DNA of 64,000 bases from a virus (IMGVR_UViG_3300015371_000011:1-64000); one strand, 5' to 3'; counted from the stretch's first letter, positions 1-9,511 are shown. Numbers and translations: made by a program. The notes: generated by a model not told the origin, from the letters alone.

Positions 1-720
1 AACTAAATTACCTTCAAGCAGTGCCAGCTTGCGTGTCGCCAATATCAGCTCTTCGCGCATTCCATCCGTGTTTCTAACCAATTCCTTAAAATGAAACGCC
101 ATAAAAAGCATGACTGCGCCGATCTCACTGGTAAAAAATTCGGTAGACGAACAGTCTTGCGACTCCATGATCGCATAGGTTGGCAATGGCGTTGGTGGTG
201 CAAATGCGATTGCGGTACGGAAGGCCCTGCTTACGGCAATCAACTGAAATCGGGCCAGAGCCAAAGCTGCGGCTGTCTCAAAAACGAAGTGTCGTCTGCG
301 CGATTGTTTAAGCAATGGAGAAACGGAGAACTGGACGGCATAACGAGAACGCACGGTTTCTGGGGACAGCCTGAATGGAACTCTTGGAACAGCGCAAAGG
401 GCCGATGCTATAGACCAACCGATATATCGTACAAAGACTACGGTGCCAGAGGCGTCCGCATGTGCAGCCGATGGCGCAATAGTTTTCCTGCCTTTATCGA
501 AGATATGGGGCCAATGCCGCCCCGTCCACCACGATATACCCTCGACCGCAAAGACAATGACGGCCATTATAGCTGCGGCAAGTGCGAAGAATGCGAAACT
601 AATCAATGGCCGATGAATTGCCGCTGGGCCACCTATAAAGAGCAAGCCAATAATCGCAGGAAGCGAAGATACTGGCGCGGTAGACCTGTTAAAGTTAAAG
701 AAACTCATAGGTAATGTCAT
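1..720 (-). CDS. Putative antisense bridge ORF over the HNH gene (at least 240 codons, runs off the window)
   Basis: ATG 720-718 overlaps the TGA (717-719) of the upstream gene. No stop in this frame down to position 1 (read by hand). Confidence 0.45.
   Translation of the reverse strand, partial: MTLPMSFFNFNRSTAPVSSLPAIIGLLFIGGPAAIHRPLISFAFFALAAAIMAVIVFAVEGISWWTGRHWPHIFDKGRKTIAPSAAHADASGTVVFVRYIGWSIASALCAVPRVPFRLSPETVRSRYAVQFSVSPLLKQSRRRHFVFETAAALALARFQLIAVSRAFRTAIAFAPPTPLPTYAIMESQDCSSTEFFTSEIGAVMLFMAFHFKELVRNTDGMREELILATRKLALLEGNLV
91..714 (+). CDS. HNH homing endonuclease with N-terminal Zn-ribbon, antisense to the operon
   Basis: DLTGKKFGR..WWCKCDCG..SCGC, YGARGV, TLDRKDNDGHY..NCRWAT..EQANNRR. 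Confidence 0.88.
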   Translation: MKRHKKHDCADLTGKKFGRRTVLRLHDRIGWQWRWWCKCDCGTEGPAYGNQLKSGQSQSCGCLKNEVSSARLFKQWRNGELDGITRTHGFWGQPEWNSWNSAKGRCYRPTDISYKDYGARGVRMCSRWRNSFPAFIEDMGPMPPRPPRYTLDRKDNDGHYSCGKCEECETNQWPMNCRWATYKEQANNRRKRRYWRGRPVKVKETHR

Positions 721-1022
721 CTAACTGTCTGATCTCGCTCGTAAAGGAAGCGCGGCACGCACTCGAATGTGTCTATCGGCATCCGTTTCCAATCAATCGG
801 TTTATCTATCGGTTGAGTCTGCATATACAGCGTGAGCTTCAGCTGGCACGCAATAACGTCATGTTCCTTGCTCCGTTCGATATGCTCATAAATTGTCAAT
901 CCGCCTAACGCCAGCATCACAATCAGCAGCGCAATACCGAGGGCGTCCTTCCCTGCCATCGAAAGCGTGCCGAGCTTTGTAGCAAGGCTAACCGTGCTCT
1001 TGTCGCCATCGCCGTCCGCCAT
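717..1022 (-). CDS. Small membrane protein (one TM helix)
   Basis: ALGIALLIVMLALGGLTIY; ATG at 1022 overlaps the upstream TAA. Confidence 0.7.
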   Translation of the reverse strand: MADGDGDKSTVSLATKLGTLSMAGKDALGIALLIVMLALGGLTIYEHIERSKEHDVIACQLKLTLYMQTQPIDKPIDWKRMPIDTFECVPRFLYERDQTVR

Positions 1023-1234
1023 TATACATTCACCGTCGCCGCAAAATCTTTTAGCCACTTAGGCTCATGCTTGTCGTGCTTCGCCTTCTGCATCTTCTCG
1101 ATCATTGCCGGGTCGATATTGCGCACCTTGCACACGCACCGCCTGCACAATCCTGTCGCGTTCTCCTCGCCCAGCGCGTGCTTGCACAGGCGGCATTTCA
1201 ACCAGACAGTATGGTGGCAATGCGGACACTTCAT
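1022..1234 (-). CDS. Cys-rich zinc-finger protein
   Basis: MKCPHC..CRLC..CRRC; ATGA overlap at 1231-1234. Confidence 0.65.
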   Translation of the reverse strand: MKCPHCHHTVWLKCRLCKHALGEENATGLCRRCVCKVRNIDPAMIEKMQKAKHDKHEPKWLKDFAATVNV

Positions 1235-1524
1235 TGGCACTTCTTGCCCTTGCCATGACACGACGGCGGTGGCGACGGCAGCGGTATCTGCGCCGTGTTG
1301 CTATAGGCGCTCGTCCCGTCACTGTTAAACGCATTCACACGGTAGCAGTCGCCCGGCTGCGACAAATCGTCCGTCCATGACGTCACGTCCACGCCCACCT
1401 GTAAGACTTCGTAAAAGCCGTCTGTGCAGTTACCCGAAATCGTTTTCTCTATGTTGAAACCCAATTCGTCATAGGAGTTGTCCTGCCATATCAGCGTTAT
1501 CGCCAATAAGAAAATTGCAAACAT
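1231..1524 (-). CDS. Small FN3-like protein with hydrophobic N-terminus
   Basis: LIWQDNSYDELGFNIEK..CYRVNAFNSDGTSAYSN. Confidence 0.75.
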   Translation of the reverse strand: MFAIFLLAITLIWQDNSYDELGFNIEKTISGNCTDGFYEVLQVGVDVTSWTDDLSQPGDCYRVNAFNSDGTSAYSNTAQIPLPSPPPSCHGKGKKCQ

Positions 1525-1526
1525 GG

Positions 1527-3461
1527 CTAATTCCCCCTTTTGCGCAGCGTGGCCGCGCCTATCTTCAACTCCGTGGCAGGCGCCACCTTGATGTAGTTGG
1601 CCGAGCCTGCCGGGGTGTCACGGTCCACGGCAATTTCCGCCGCCGTGCGCGCGCCGCTCCAGATGCGCAGGTCGTCTATCAGGCCAGTGAAGTGCTCATT
1701 ATAGATGCTCGACCCTATAATTATGCTGTCCTCTGCCCCGCTCACTGAGCTGCTGGGTACGGCACTACTCACAAGACTACCGTCGCGATAAAATTTAACA
1801 TCCGTGCCATCATAAGTAACGGCTATATGTGCCCATACATCCTGCGCCAATTGCGAGGTATCGCAGGCATAATAGTTTGGCCCCGCATCGGACGTGAAAC
1901 CGCCCACCGGCTCACTCCCCGCGCATAGATACGTCATCGTGGATGAGAACAGCCAATAACGTCCACTGTTGCCGTGCGACACGATAGAGACGAATGTATC
2001 GTTTGGCGTAATCGTCGGCTTAACCCACGCCTCTATCGTAAACTGAGACAGCGACAATGACGCCGATGCATTCACGGTCAAGCCGCCCGCCCCTGTGAAA
2101 GTCATGCAGTTACCATACTTGCATCCTGACGTGGTATGCGTGATCCCCGTGCCAACAGTAGTAACGTGATTGCCGTTACCGCTGGTATCCTGCGGATTGC
2201 CTGCGGCCTCGTTGAAGCCGTACTGCGCCACTAGCGTTGTGCCCACGGGCGGTGCGGTTCCCAAATACTCATAGGCCCCGATGTCCCATGCACCGCCCAC
2301 GGGCTGCGGCCTCGCGGTGTTGATTATATCGTGACTGTAATTGAAGCCGAGATCGGTGCCCTGATTTACCGCAGGAGAGTTGGACGGAATTTTCAGAAAA
2401 TCCGCGCTGGCTGAATTAGTAGAGATAAAACTCGGATTGCCCCCATACTGACAGCCTGTGCCGACCGACGTGCACAGATTATTAGATGCCGTATAGGATG
2501 GACCGCTCGAAACGACAAAATCCTGACCGCTATTGTTGTATGAAATGTTGTTCTTTATGACTGCGCCAGTGCTCGATTGAATTAAAATGCCCTGGCCGTT
2601 GTTGTAGATCGTATTCTGAACCACGACATTGTTGTTGCTGTTGCTACCCGCATAGCTGATAGCGATGCCACCTGTAGTGTCATAAACCAGGTTGTTATAA
2701 ACGTAGCTTTGTTGCGCGACTCTACCCAGGCCATCAGCATATGCACTTAGAACGATACCGCCGCAGTTGTGCACCCGATTGTTTCTAATGATGTTCCCGG
2801 TTGCATTGCCGTACTGAATTTGAATGCAGTAGCCTGCACTGTCTGTCGGCTTGCTTGCCTGTGAAAATTCGTTATCCTCGATAATCCCGTCCGGCGAACT
2901 CCAGTAAATGCCGTGGTCGTCACCTGCCGCTCCGCAGTCGTGGATATAGTTACCCCGCAAAGCGTTGGCATTGTTTGTTCCTAACGTCGCTTCCGGCCTG
3001 CCGCTATAAACACACGATATGCTGGAACCGGAAATTTCTCCGTTGTTAAACTCGATATGATTCGCGCCATCAACAATATCCACCAGCCCCGGCGTTACCA
3101 CCAAACCATCAAAGATGACGTGGTGGTCGGGGCCGAACACGTACAGATCGCCCGTGATTGTTGCGCCTTTATTGTTCTGTGCCCGAATGGTCGTATATCC
3201 GCCCGCGCTACCGCTAACCCATGTAATATATCCAGGCGAAGCGTAACTCCCATTAGTCAGAATCAGCGTATCACCCGCGGAAAGACAACCCACGCCCTGC
3301 GCAATGGTGCGGCTCGTATTAGCGCTACTCGGTTGACTTGCGCTATTCACGCAGTGCTGATTGCCATCGTTTCCGCTTGGCGATACCCAGTACGTAGCCG
3401 CTTGTGCCCGTACAGTAATCAAGAGAACTAAAATCAACAGTAGCAGCTTAATCTTAGTCAA
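1527..3461 (-). CDS. Signal-peptide protein: right-handed beta-helix (pectin-lyase-like) + choice-of-anchor-Q-like segment + LamG domain
   Basis: MTKIKLLLLILVLLITVRAQA; IIRNNRVHN/YNNLVY/QNTIYNN repeats; SPAVNQG..DIGAYEY; FTIEAWVK..WAHIAVTYDG..GLIDDLRIW. Confidence 0.85.
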   Translation of the reverse strand: MTKIKLLLLILVLLITVRAQAATYWVSPSGNDGNQHCVNSASQPSSANTSRTIAQGVGCLSAGDTLILTNGSYASPGYITWVSGSAGGYTTIRAQNNKGATITGDLYVFGPDHHVIFDGLVVTPGLVDIVDGANHIEFNNGEISGSSISCVYSGRPEATLGTNNANALRGNYIHDCGAAGDDHGIYWSSPDGIIEDNEFSQASKPTDSAGYCIQIQYGNATGNIIRNNRVHNCGGIVLSAYADGLGRVAQQSYVYNNLVYDTTGGIAISYAGSNSNNNVVVQNTIYNNGQGILIQSSTGAVIKNNISYNNSGQDFVVSSGPSYTASNNLCTSVGTGCQYGGNPSFISTNSASADFLKIPSNSPAVNQGTDLGFNYSHDIINTARPQPVGGAWDIGAYEYLGTAPPVGTTLVAQYGFNEAAGNPQDTSGNGNHVTTVGTGITHTTSGCKYGNCMTFTGAGGLTVNASASLSLSQFTIEAWVKPTITPNDTFVSIVSHGNSGRYWLFSSTMTYLCAGSEPVGGFTSDAGPNYYACDTSQLAQDVWAHIAVTYDGTDVKFYRDGSLVSSAVPSSSVSGAEDSIIIGSSIYNEHFTGLIDDLRIWSGARTAAEIAVDRDTPAGSANYIKVAPATELKIGAATLRKRGN

Positions 3462-4095
3462 TGGTCACAACCCTCTTACGTACCACACCCGCTGCCGATG
3501 CGGTTTGAAAGTTGTCGGCTTTGCAATAGTTCAAATCATCGTTCGCGTAGCAGCTGATGCCTATGCGGTTCCCTGAGAGCGGACTGGCGCTGTCGTCGTA
3601 AGTGGCGAGCGAAGTGCTGCCGTTCTTTAACAGCTCGATCACATGTGTCGTGGCGTTGTAGGTGCAAGTGAGAACATCGCCGGCGGCGAACACGTCACTT
3701 CCGTCCACGAGCCGCGTGGGGCTTCCGCTCGCGTATTTCCAGATGCTGGAGTTATCGGTTCGCCCGCGGCAGTAGTAAAACGTCTCAGTGGGTGGGGCAC
3801 CGGCGCTGAGCACGACCGCTGCGGCAGCCTTATTTGTGCCGTCAGTGAGCGCCACAATGTCTATACTCGCCTCCTGGTTGCCGCTGTACGTGGACTGGTT
3901 CCAGGTCACGAAGCAAACGGCGTCTAGTGTAGTGGCTTCAAGCACCGTGCTGCTGGCAATAGCGCAGTCGCTACTGTAGCCAACGCTCCAGTTGCTGCCC
4001 AAACTGGCGCGGTTAAAATCATCCAGCAAAACCGCCGCCCAAACCGCTGAGCACACAGCAAATAGAAACGCTATGACTAGAATCAATCGCCTCAT
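3454..4095 (-). CDS. Signal-peptide protein with lectin/beta-sandwich-like domain
   Basis: MRRLILVIAFLFAVCSAVWA; DDFNRA..ADNF. Confidence 0.75.
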   Translation of the reverse strand: MRRLILVIAFLFAVCSAVWAAVLLDDFNRASLGSNWSVGYSSDCAIASSTVLEATTLDAVCFVTWNQSTYSGNQEASIDIVALTDGTNKAAAAVVLSAGAPPTETFYYCRGRTDNSSIWKYASGSPTRLVDGSDVFAAGDVLTCTYNATTHVIELLKNGSTSLATYDDSASPLSGNRIGISCYANDDLNYCKADNFQTASAAGVVRKRVVTID

Positions 4096-4880
4096 GGCAA
4101 CTCGAACTCCAGGCTCACGACCAGCCCCTTGCTGGCCGTAGTCTGCACGGCCGTCACGTCAAAGCGCAAAATCTGCCCATCGGCCACGTCGTCATTGCTC
4201 GTGTCAATCGCTACCGCCGAAGCCGCATCGCTGCTGCTATTCTCGCCGCTGTCGATGCTCACTACGGTCGTTAACATGGACGCCGTGGTGCCGCTGCAGA
4301 TGTTGCCCGACGTTGCCGCCGCACAGCGCGTAATCTGCACTGAGGTCAAGCCTGTAGTGCCCGCCGTTACGACGTTGCTTTTCACGGCCACGAGGTTCAT
4401 ACCCGCAAGGTTTGAAGGCACCCGAAAATAGGCCTTGCCGTTGCCCGTGGTGACGTCGGTGGTGGCATCCACCAACTCCACCTGCACCACCTTACGCGCG
4501 TTGGGCGACGTGGGTACGTATCCTGTGTGGTTGGGGTAATAGAGAGTCTTGGCGCCGGTAACTGCGGAGAAATCTTCGGTCAGGCAATTCGTAGCGCAGT
4601 TGCCGAAGATTGGTGGCTTGTTGAAGTTTAGGTTGGTCGCGTCTTCGGTGAAGGACGGATACGGCCCGATCCATGCCGTGCCGCTCCAGACATAATAAGC
4701 ACCCTGGAGCAGCGTGCCGCCGCTCCCGGTGTTTAGACACGTCGTCCCGTAGGCGACGCCGTTTAGTGTGGTGCAGTCTGGGCGCTGATAGTAACCGACG
4801 TCAGGTGGGCCTGCGGCAATAACAAACCGTGGACAAAGTATGGCCAGTAAAATAAAGCATACTAGGCTAAGACGTTTCAT
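4092..4880 (-). CDS. Signal-peptide protein with tail-fibre-like C-terminal domain
   Basis: MKRLSLVCFILLAIL; TTGNGKAYFRVP..GQILRFDVTAV..KGLVVSLEF. Confidence 0.72.
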   Translation of the reverse strand: MKRLSLVCFILLAILCPRFVIAAGPPDVGYYQRPDCTTLNGVAYGTTCLNTGSGGTLLQGAYYVWSGTAWIGPYPSFTEDATNLNFNKPPIFGNCATNCLTEDFSAVTGAKTLYYPNHTGYVPTSPNARKVVQVELVDATTDVTTGNGKAYFRVPSNLAGMNLVAVKSNVVTAGTTGLTSVQITRCAAATSGNICSGTTASMLTTVVSIDSGENSSSDAASAVAIDTSNDDVADGQILRFDVTAVQTTASKGLVVSLEFELP

Positions 4881-4901
4881 GTCGCACAAAAACAATCCCG
4901 C

Positions 4902-5261
4902 TCATGTGGACGTGAGGGTTATTGTAAATTCTATGCGATCCGCATTCTGAAGTGCGATGGTCGAAAAATCTCCCTTAATCAGCAGCGTGCCGCTGTTGTT
5001 GTGGTACAGCCCCGCATTGGTCACGCTGTTAGGGCCGCTAGGGCCGCAGGTATTGGTCGCCACCCACTGGCGCGTATTGAATGCGGTGATGCTGTTGGCC
5101 GCTAACTGGCGCGAGCCGGCTTCAGTGAATAGCGTGGTATCGGCTTTAGCCGCGGTTCCTGCGCCGCTGCCCCAGCCTATGAAGAACGTGGTGACAGTTA
5201 TCGTCGCATTCATCAGCTGCGTGAGCCACGCGGTGCCACAATCGCAAAAGACGGTTGCCAT
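4902..5261 (-). CDS. Putative virion structural protein (tail-collar/fibre N-terminal-like)
   Basis: IGWGSGAGTAAKADTTLFTE..VTNAGLY..DRIEFTITL; SD AAAGGAG. Confidence 0.72.
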   Translation of the reverse strand: MATVFCDCGTAWLTQLMNATITVTTFFIGWGSGAGTAAKADTTLFTEAGSRQLAANSITAFNTRQWVATNTCGPSGPNSVTNAGLYHNNSGTLLIKGDFSTIALQNADRIEFTITLTST

Positions 5262-5400
5262 AAATTATTTCTCCTTTATCGTTAACGTCGTACCAGCGGC
5301 CGGTTTTGGCACGGTAGACTCTCATCTTGATTTCTACTGCGGCTTTGCTTTCTCCTGGGTCCATGCTTAATCTCTTTTTAATCGTGTAGATTGTGGCCAT
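5146..5400 (-). CDS. Hypothetical protein
   Basis: ATG just after the GT stop; overlaps the next gene by 116 nt. Confidence 0.45.
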   Translation of the reverse strand: MATIYTIKKRLSMDPGESKAAVEIKMRVYRAKTGRWYDVNDKGEIIYGNRLLRLWHRVAHAADECDDNCHHVLHRLGQRRRNRG

Positions 5401-5401
5401 C

Positions 5402-8400
5402 TCATGCCACGTACGGTCCCTCAAACGGCTGAAACTTCGCCTTCAATAACTTGCTTATCAGTCTGTTCGCCTCGGCCTCATCGGTCGCCCGAAATCTCTG
5501 CGTGCCGTTTAGCTGTGCGCCTTGCGGCCGCACATCGAGCGAGCAGCACACCTCTAAGCCGATGCCCAGAAACGCCAGCGCCTCGCTATAATAGTTAAGC
5601 GCGTCCTGCGTTAAGAATGGATAATCGTCCGACATGAAAAACTTGCGAAATGTCTCTACGACTATAGTCAAGTGCTTGCGCACCTCTGGCGTCACACGTT
5701 GGCCGTTTTGCTCAAGCGCATATTTGGCCAGATGCATGTTGTCACGTATCTCATAAAGGAATATGCCGAGCGTGCGGTCGGGATATGCGAGCCTGTCGCA
5801 TTCAAGCAGCTTGAAGTTGCGCCAGAAGCGGGCACGGCGGATTGTCTCGGTTAAGTATCCGTCGTGGTGAATATGAATATCGGGTATCAGCATGCAACCG
5901 ATGCCGACGCCTTTGTTGATGCCTAGCTCAGCGTGCTCATGCACCTTGCCATAGAACGAAATGCCTGCGCGGTTTCTAAAGAGCCGCACGGGTATGTCCT
6001 CTTTCAGTATCCCCGCTGGATCGACGGCAATATGATGCTGTCTCACCGCGTAGCCGAGCATCATGTTAGGACGCAGGTACTTCCACAGATTGCGCCATTC
6101 GAGCAATTGCTCGTCGCTATCAATCCACAGAATCCAATCGGCCCAGGTATTCTCGATTGACTCATTGCGCGGCGTCTCGAATCCCGCCATGTCGCATGTA
6201 CCCGGTATAATCTGATCGGGCGAATGTTGCCCTAGATGTGCATAACAGAAAAATGGACTAGTGCCCGCGCGCACATCCTCGGTGTACTCGGCCGCCACAT
6301 CCACGGTGCGGTCAGTTGACGGCCCGTTGTCCAATACTACAATTTGGTCGGCAATCTTGTGGATGCTCCGCATGCTACGGTGCAGCACGTCCTCAACGTT
6401 ATTGGCGATATAGCAAACGGCCAACGTCTCGCGCGGCGCCTGTAAGAAAAACTTGCGCTCCCAATCAATCTGCCCTACCTGCTGCCCGTCGTTCCGATAC
6501 ATCACCATGTGCCAGCCGTAAAACGTGCGGTCCAATTCAAGCTCGCGGCAATCCGAGATAGTCGTGATTTCAAAGTCCTTGCGATGCCCCAGAATGTCGC
6601 GCAAGTCGTGCATATCGAACGCGCGCACATGCACGGGCGGAATGCCCTTCATGACAAATTCGCTGCGCTCGTTATGCCCGACAGGCACGGTTAGAATCAT
6701 CCAGCCGCCCGGCTTACAGTGGCGCTCCAGTTTGGCAATGACTTCTTCGCTGTTAGGCAAATGCTCAAGCAATTCCATGCACACTACGGCATCGAATTGC
6801 TGCACTTCACCCTTATAGTTGGCAATCGGCGCATCCTCATCGCCTACCACAAACTCCACATTCTCAGGGTGCAGAAATGCAGGCGAGCCGTCGGGCATGT
6901 GCGATGCCTTCAACTCATTGCAGCAGCGAATCAAACTGGGAGATACGTCCAAACCAACCACGGTAGCAGCAGGTAAGTGATTGGACAGAGAACGGACGTA
7001 TCCCCCATGCGCGCAGCCGAAGTCCAGTATGCTTTTAATATCTGGATGCTGGTCAATAAACTCCAGCGCCGCCTTTAGCCGTGGCTCGGTATCGGCCCAG
7101 AATGCCGTACGGTAATCAGCCGCTTCACCGCCTGAACGCTCTTCGTAGAAACGCACAATGGCCTGATGCTGCTCGTCAGCGTCCTTTATCCGCATGAACG
7201 GCATGAATCGGTCGCAGTATTTGTCCACTGCCTTATTCAGCACTGGGTCGTTATGTTTCTCGGCATACTTCTGCGCGGCCACCACGTCGCTGTTAAAGAT
7301 AAAGTGCTTCATCATGCGCTTGGTGTCGCTGGACTTCTTGCCGATAATATCGTGAAACAAATCCGTCCACTCTTCGGCCACAGGCCGCCACTGCCATTGC
7401 TCTGCACGATTGCGCGCCTGTTTGCTTAGCGCCTCCCAACGCTGATCGTTGTGCATCAAGTCAATTGTTTGGTCCACAAATGCTTTCACGAATTGCGGTG
7501 TGACAGGCTTGAAGCCAGGATCTATCGGGTCACCTACAGCGCCGAGTGATCCGTCATCGCGTATCAGTACATGAGCGCCCGCGCACGTTTCAGGGCATGC
7601 TGCCTTCCACGGCCCAATCATTACCGTGCCGCAGCCGGCCAACTCCATTGACGATATGTGCGATATTTCTTCGAAGACGCTGCTATACAGAAACAACCGC
7701 GATTGTTTGTAGTGGCGATACAAATCCTTTTTGCCTAAGTTGCCAAGATTGACAATCGTGTTGCCGTACTGTGCGGCGACAGCATTCAATTCCTCATATA
7801 GCGGTAGTGTGGTCGGGTCCGAATAACGCGACACGTAGAGGCGGGCGCGCGGCTCGCGCTTGAGGATCTCAGGCCATACCTGCGTTAAAAGTATGTCCAG
7901 CCCTCGCTCAGGCCGCGCGGTGTATAGCAGTTTAAAGCGGTCCCTCGGCTGCTCTGGCACACTGTCAATCAAGTCCAAGTCAATGCCGTTGCGCGTTAAA
8001 TGGTAAAGTGAGTCAGGGCCACCGTGTACCTGCTGGTACTGGCGCTTCATGAATTGCGACAATAAAAAGATGCGGTCGATATTCCACGCCACACCGCCAA
8101 ATTGGCTAGGGCCTGTCTTAGTGGCCAAATCGTGCTGCCAGAGAATGTTGCATTTGGACGGGTAGTCGAATTGAAACAGCATGGGCTGGCGCTGAATCAA
8201 CATAACGTCGCAAGGCGTAGCGCGCGCGTAATCAAAAAAGCCTTTAGGAAATTGTGCCTGCTGGCCTGCCGGCCCTGGCACCCAGCCCATCGGCTTGAAT
8301 ACCACGTCGTCTACTTCGTGCTCGGCTTCGGTATTACAGAATAGATTGACGTTATGGCCCAGGCGGGCCAATTCGCGGGCGGCTTGGAGTGCAGCGGTTT

Positions 8401-8491
8401 CGCTACCGCCGATTGCCTCCCCGCTGGATATAGTGCGGCCCGACATCGGCATGCCAAGGCAGCAAAGCGTAATGTCTAGGTTGTATCTCAC
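5402..8491 (-). CDS. Trifunctional GT4-like glycosyltransferase + class I SAM methyltransferase + GT2-like glycosyltransferase
   Basis: GGSETAA..RNGID..RPERGLD..FEEISHIS (GT-B); ILDFGCAHG..ELLEHL..KPGG (MTase); LDNGPSTDRT..WIDSDE..VHE (GT-A). Start uncertain (GTG 8491 or 8497). Confidence 0.9.
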   Translation of the reverse strand: MRYNLDITLCCLGMPMSGRTISSGEAIGGSETAALQAARELARLGHNVNLFCNTEAEHEVDDVVFKPMGWVPGPAGQQAQFPKGFFDYARATPCDVMLIQRQPMLFQFDYPSKCNILWQHDLATKTGPSQFGGVAWNIDRIFLLSQFMKRQYQQVHGGPDSLYHLTRNGIDLDLIDSVPEQPRDRFKLLYTARPERGLDILLTQVWPEILKREPRARLYVSRYSDPTTLPLYEELNAVAAQYGNTIVNLGNLGKKDLYRHYKQSRLFLYSSVFEEISHISSMELAGCGTVMIGPWKAACPETCAGAHVLIRDDGSLGAVGDPIDPGFKPVTPQFVKAFVDQTIDLMHNDQRWEALSKQARNRAEQWQWRPVAEEWTDLFHDIIGKKSSDTKRMMKHFIFNSDVVAAQKYAEKHNDPVLNKAVDKYCDRFMPFMRIKDADEQHQAIVRFYEERSGGEAADYRTAFWADTEPRLKAALEFIDQHPDIKSILDFGCAHGGYVRSLSNHLPAATVVGLDVSPSLIRCCNELKASHMPDGSPAFLHPENVEFVVGDEDAPIANYKGEVQQFDAVVCMELLEHLPNSEEVIAKLERHCKPGGWMILTVPVGHNERSEFVMKGIPPVHVRAFDMHDLRDILGHRKDFEITTISDCRELELDRTFYGWHMVMYRNDGQQVGQIDWERKFFLQAPRETLAVCYIANNVEDVLHRSMRSIHKIADQIVVLDNGPSTDRTVDVAAEYTEDVRAGTSPFFCYAHLGQHSPDQIIPGTCDMAGFETPRNESIENTWADWILWIDSDEQLLEWRNLWKYLRPNMMLGYAVRQHHIAVDPAGILKEDIPVRLFRNRAGISFYGKVHEHAELGINKGVGIGCMLIPDIHIHHDGYLTETIRRARFWRNFKLLECDRLAYPDRTLGIFLYEIRDNMHLAKYALEQNGQRVTPEVRKHLTIVVETFRKFFMSDDYPFLTQDALNYYSEALAFLGIGLEVCCSLDVRPQGAQLNGTQRFRATDEAEANRLISKLLKAKFQPFEGPYVA

Positions 8492-8525
8492 AAACACTTC
8501 TCTCTGTTTTTTTCTGCAAACACAC

Positions 8526-8855
8526 TTAGAAACCCCGCGGCGCAGTGTCACCTATCAATACGGCCGTGGCTGCGCCTTGGCTTGAGCACGGCGTGAGTGC
8601 TACCTCCACAACCGGGCCGAATAACAATGAATCAAAATTGTTGCCGCCTGAACTGATCGCACTTGTAGACGAAACCGCATAGACACCAGACGTTGCGCCC
8701 GTGCGCACTCTTAGCGTCGCACTGCCAATGACTGAGACAAAACCTGTAAGGCGGGAATAACCTGCTACGGGAAAGACACCGAGGACTACACCATCGCTGC
8801 CCACCACCGAGACTGCGGTGTTATTGAGTAAGGTTCTACGGCGTGCGCGGGCCAC
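8526..8855 (-). CDS. Small beta-rich virion/decoration protein
   Basis: G/S/V/T-rich, downstream of MCP, AAGGA SD. Confidence 0.65.
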   Translation of the reverse strand: MARARRRTLLNNTAVSVVGSDGVVLGVFPVAGYSRLTGFVSVIGSATLRVRTGATSGVYAVSSTSAISSGGNNFDSLLFGPVVEVALTPCSSQGAATAVLIGDTAPRGF

Positions 8856-8864
8856 ATTGTGTCC

Positions 8865-9164
8865 TTATGGGCGCGAGACGACTACCCAGCCAACCGGCAA
8901 ATTGGCTGCTGGTGCTACCGAGCCAGCCATCGAAATGTTGAAACCGCCAGCGCGTATACTCGAAACCATTACACCCTTAACGCTATCGGTTAACGTGCTC
9001 GCATACATTTGCGGCGTTAAGATAACCACGCTGCCACTTTTAACCGATGCCGCGCCGACTGACACGGTTGTCGTGCCTGAGCCGACGGTAGCAACGCCGG
9101 CCATGCCCGCAAGGCCAACCAGGCGCCCAGCCCGTGTGCTTAGAAATCGCTCTTTTCTACGCAT
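8865..9164 (-). CDS. Small beta-rich virion protein
   Basis: GVATVGSGTTTVSV..VGWVVV; resembles 60690..60914. Confidence 0.65.
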   Translation of the reverse strand: MRRKERFLSTRAGRLVGLAGMAGVATVGSGTTTVSVGAASVKSGSVVILTPQMYASTLTDSVKGVMVSSIRAGGFNISMAGSVAPAANLPVGWVVVSRP

Positions 9165-9510
9165 CTTTTTTCTCCTGCCTTAGCGAGACAGACGGCGTTC
9201 CGCCCGCCTTGCGCACATCGCGGTCAAGCCTGCGTACCATGTCCTCTAACTCGCCTATGCGCTTGGCCTGCTCATCACATAGAAGTTTCAACTTGCCGTA
9301 GGCTTGCTTCATGTCACTGGTATTGTGGACGCCAATGACTTTAAGAAATGAATCAGGGTCGCGGAAATCAACCTGCGCCATGCAGTCATTGCCGTACTTC
9401 GACTTGGCGTACTTGCGCCCAAGGCTAGATGAGTGGCGGTCCAATAACGGCTCGCCCGGCATGACGTGAAAGCGCTCAGTCTTGATTTCTTTCGCGTAGA
9501 CCCACTTCAT
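9157..9510 (-). CDS. Hypothetical protein downstream of MCP
   Basis: Coupled ORF with coiled-coil C-terminus. Confidence 0.65.
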   Translation of the reverse strand: MKWVYAKEIKTERFHVMPGEPLLDRHSSSLGRKYAKSKYGNDCMAQVDFRDPDSFLKVIGVHNTSDMKQAYGKLKLLCDEQAKRIGELEDMVRRLDRDVRKAGGTPSVSLRQEKKDA

Positions 9511-9511
9511 A

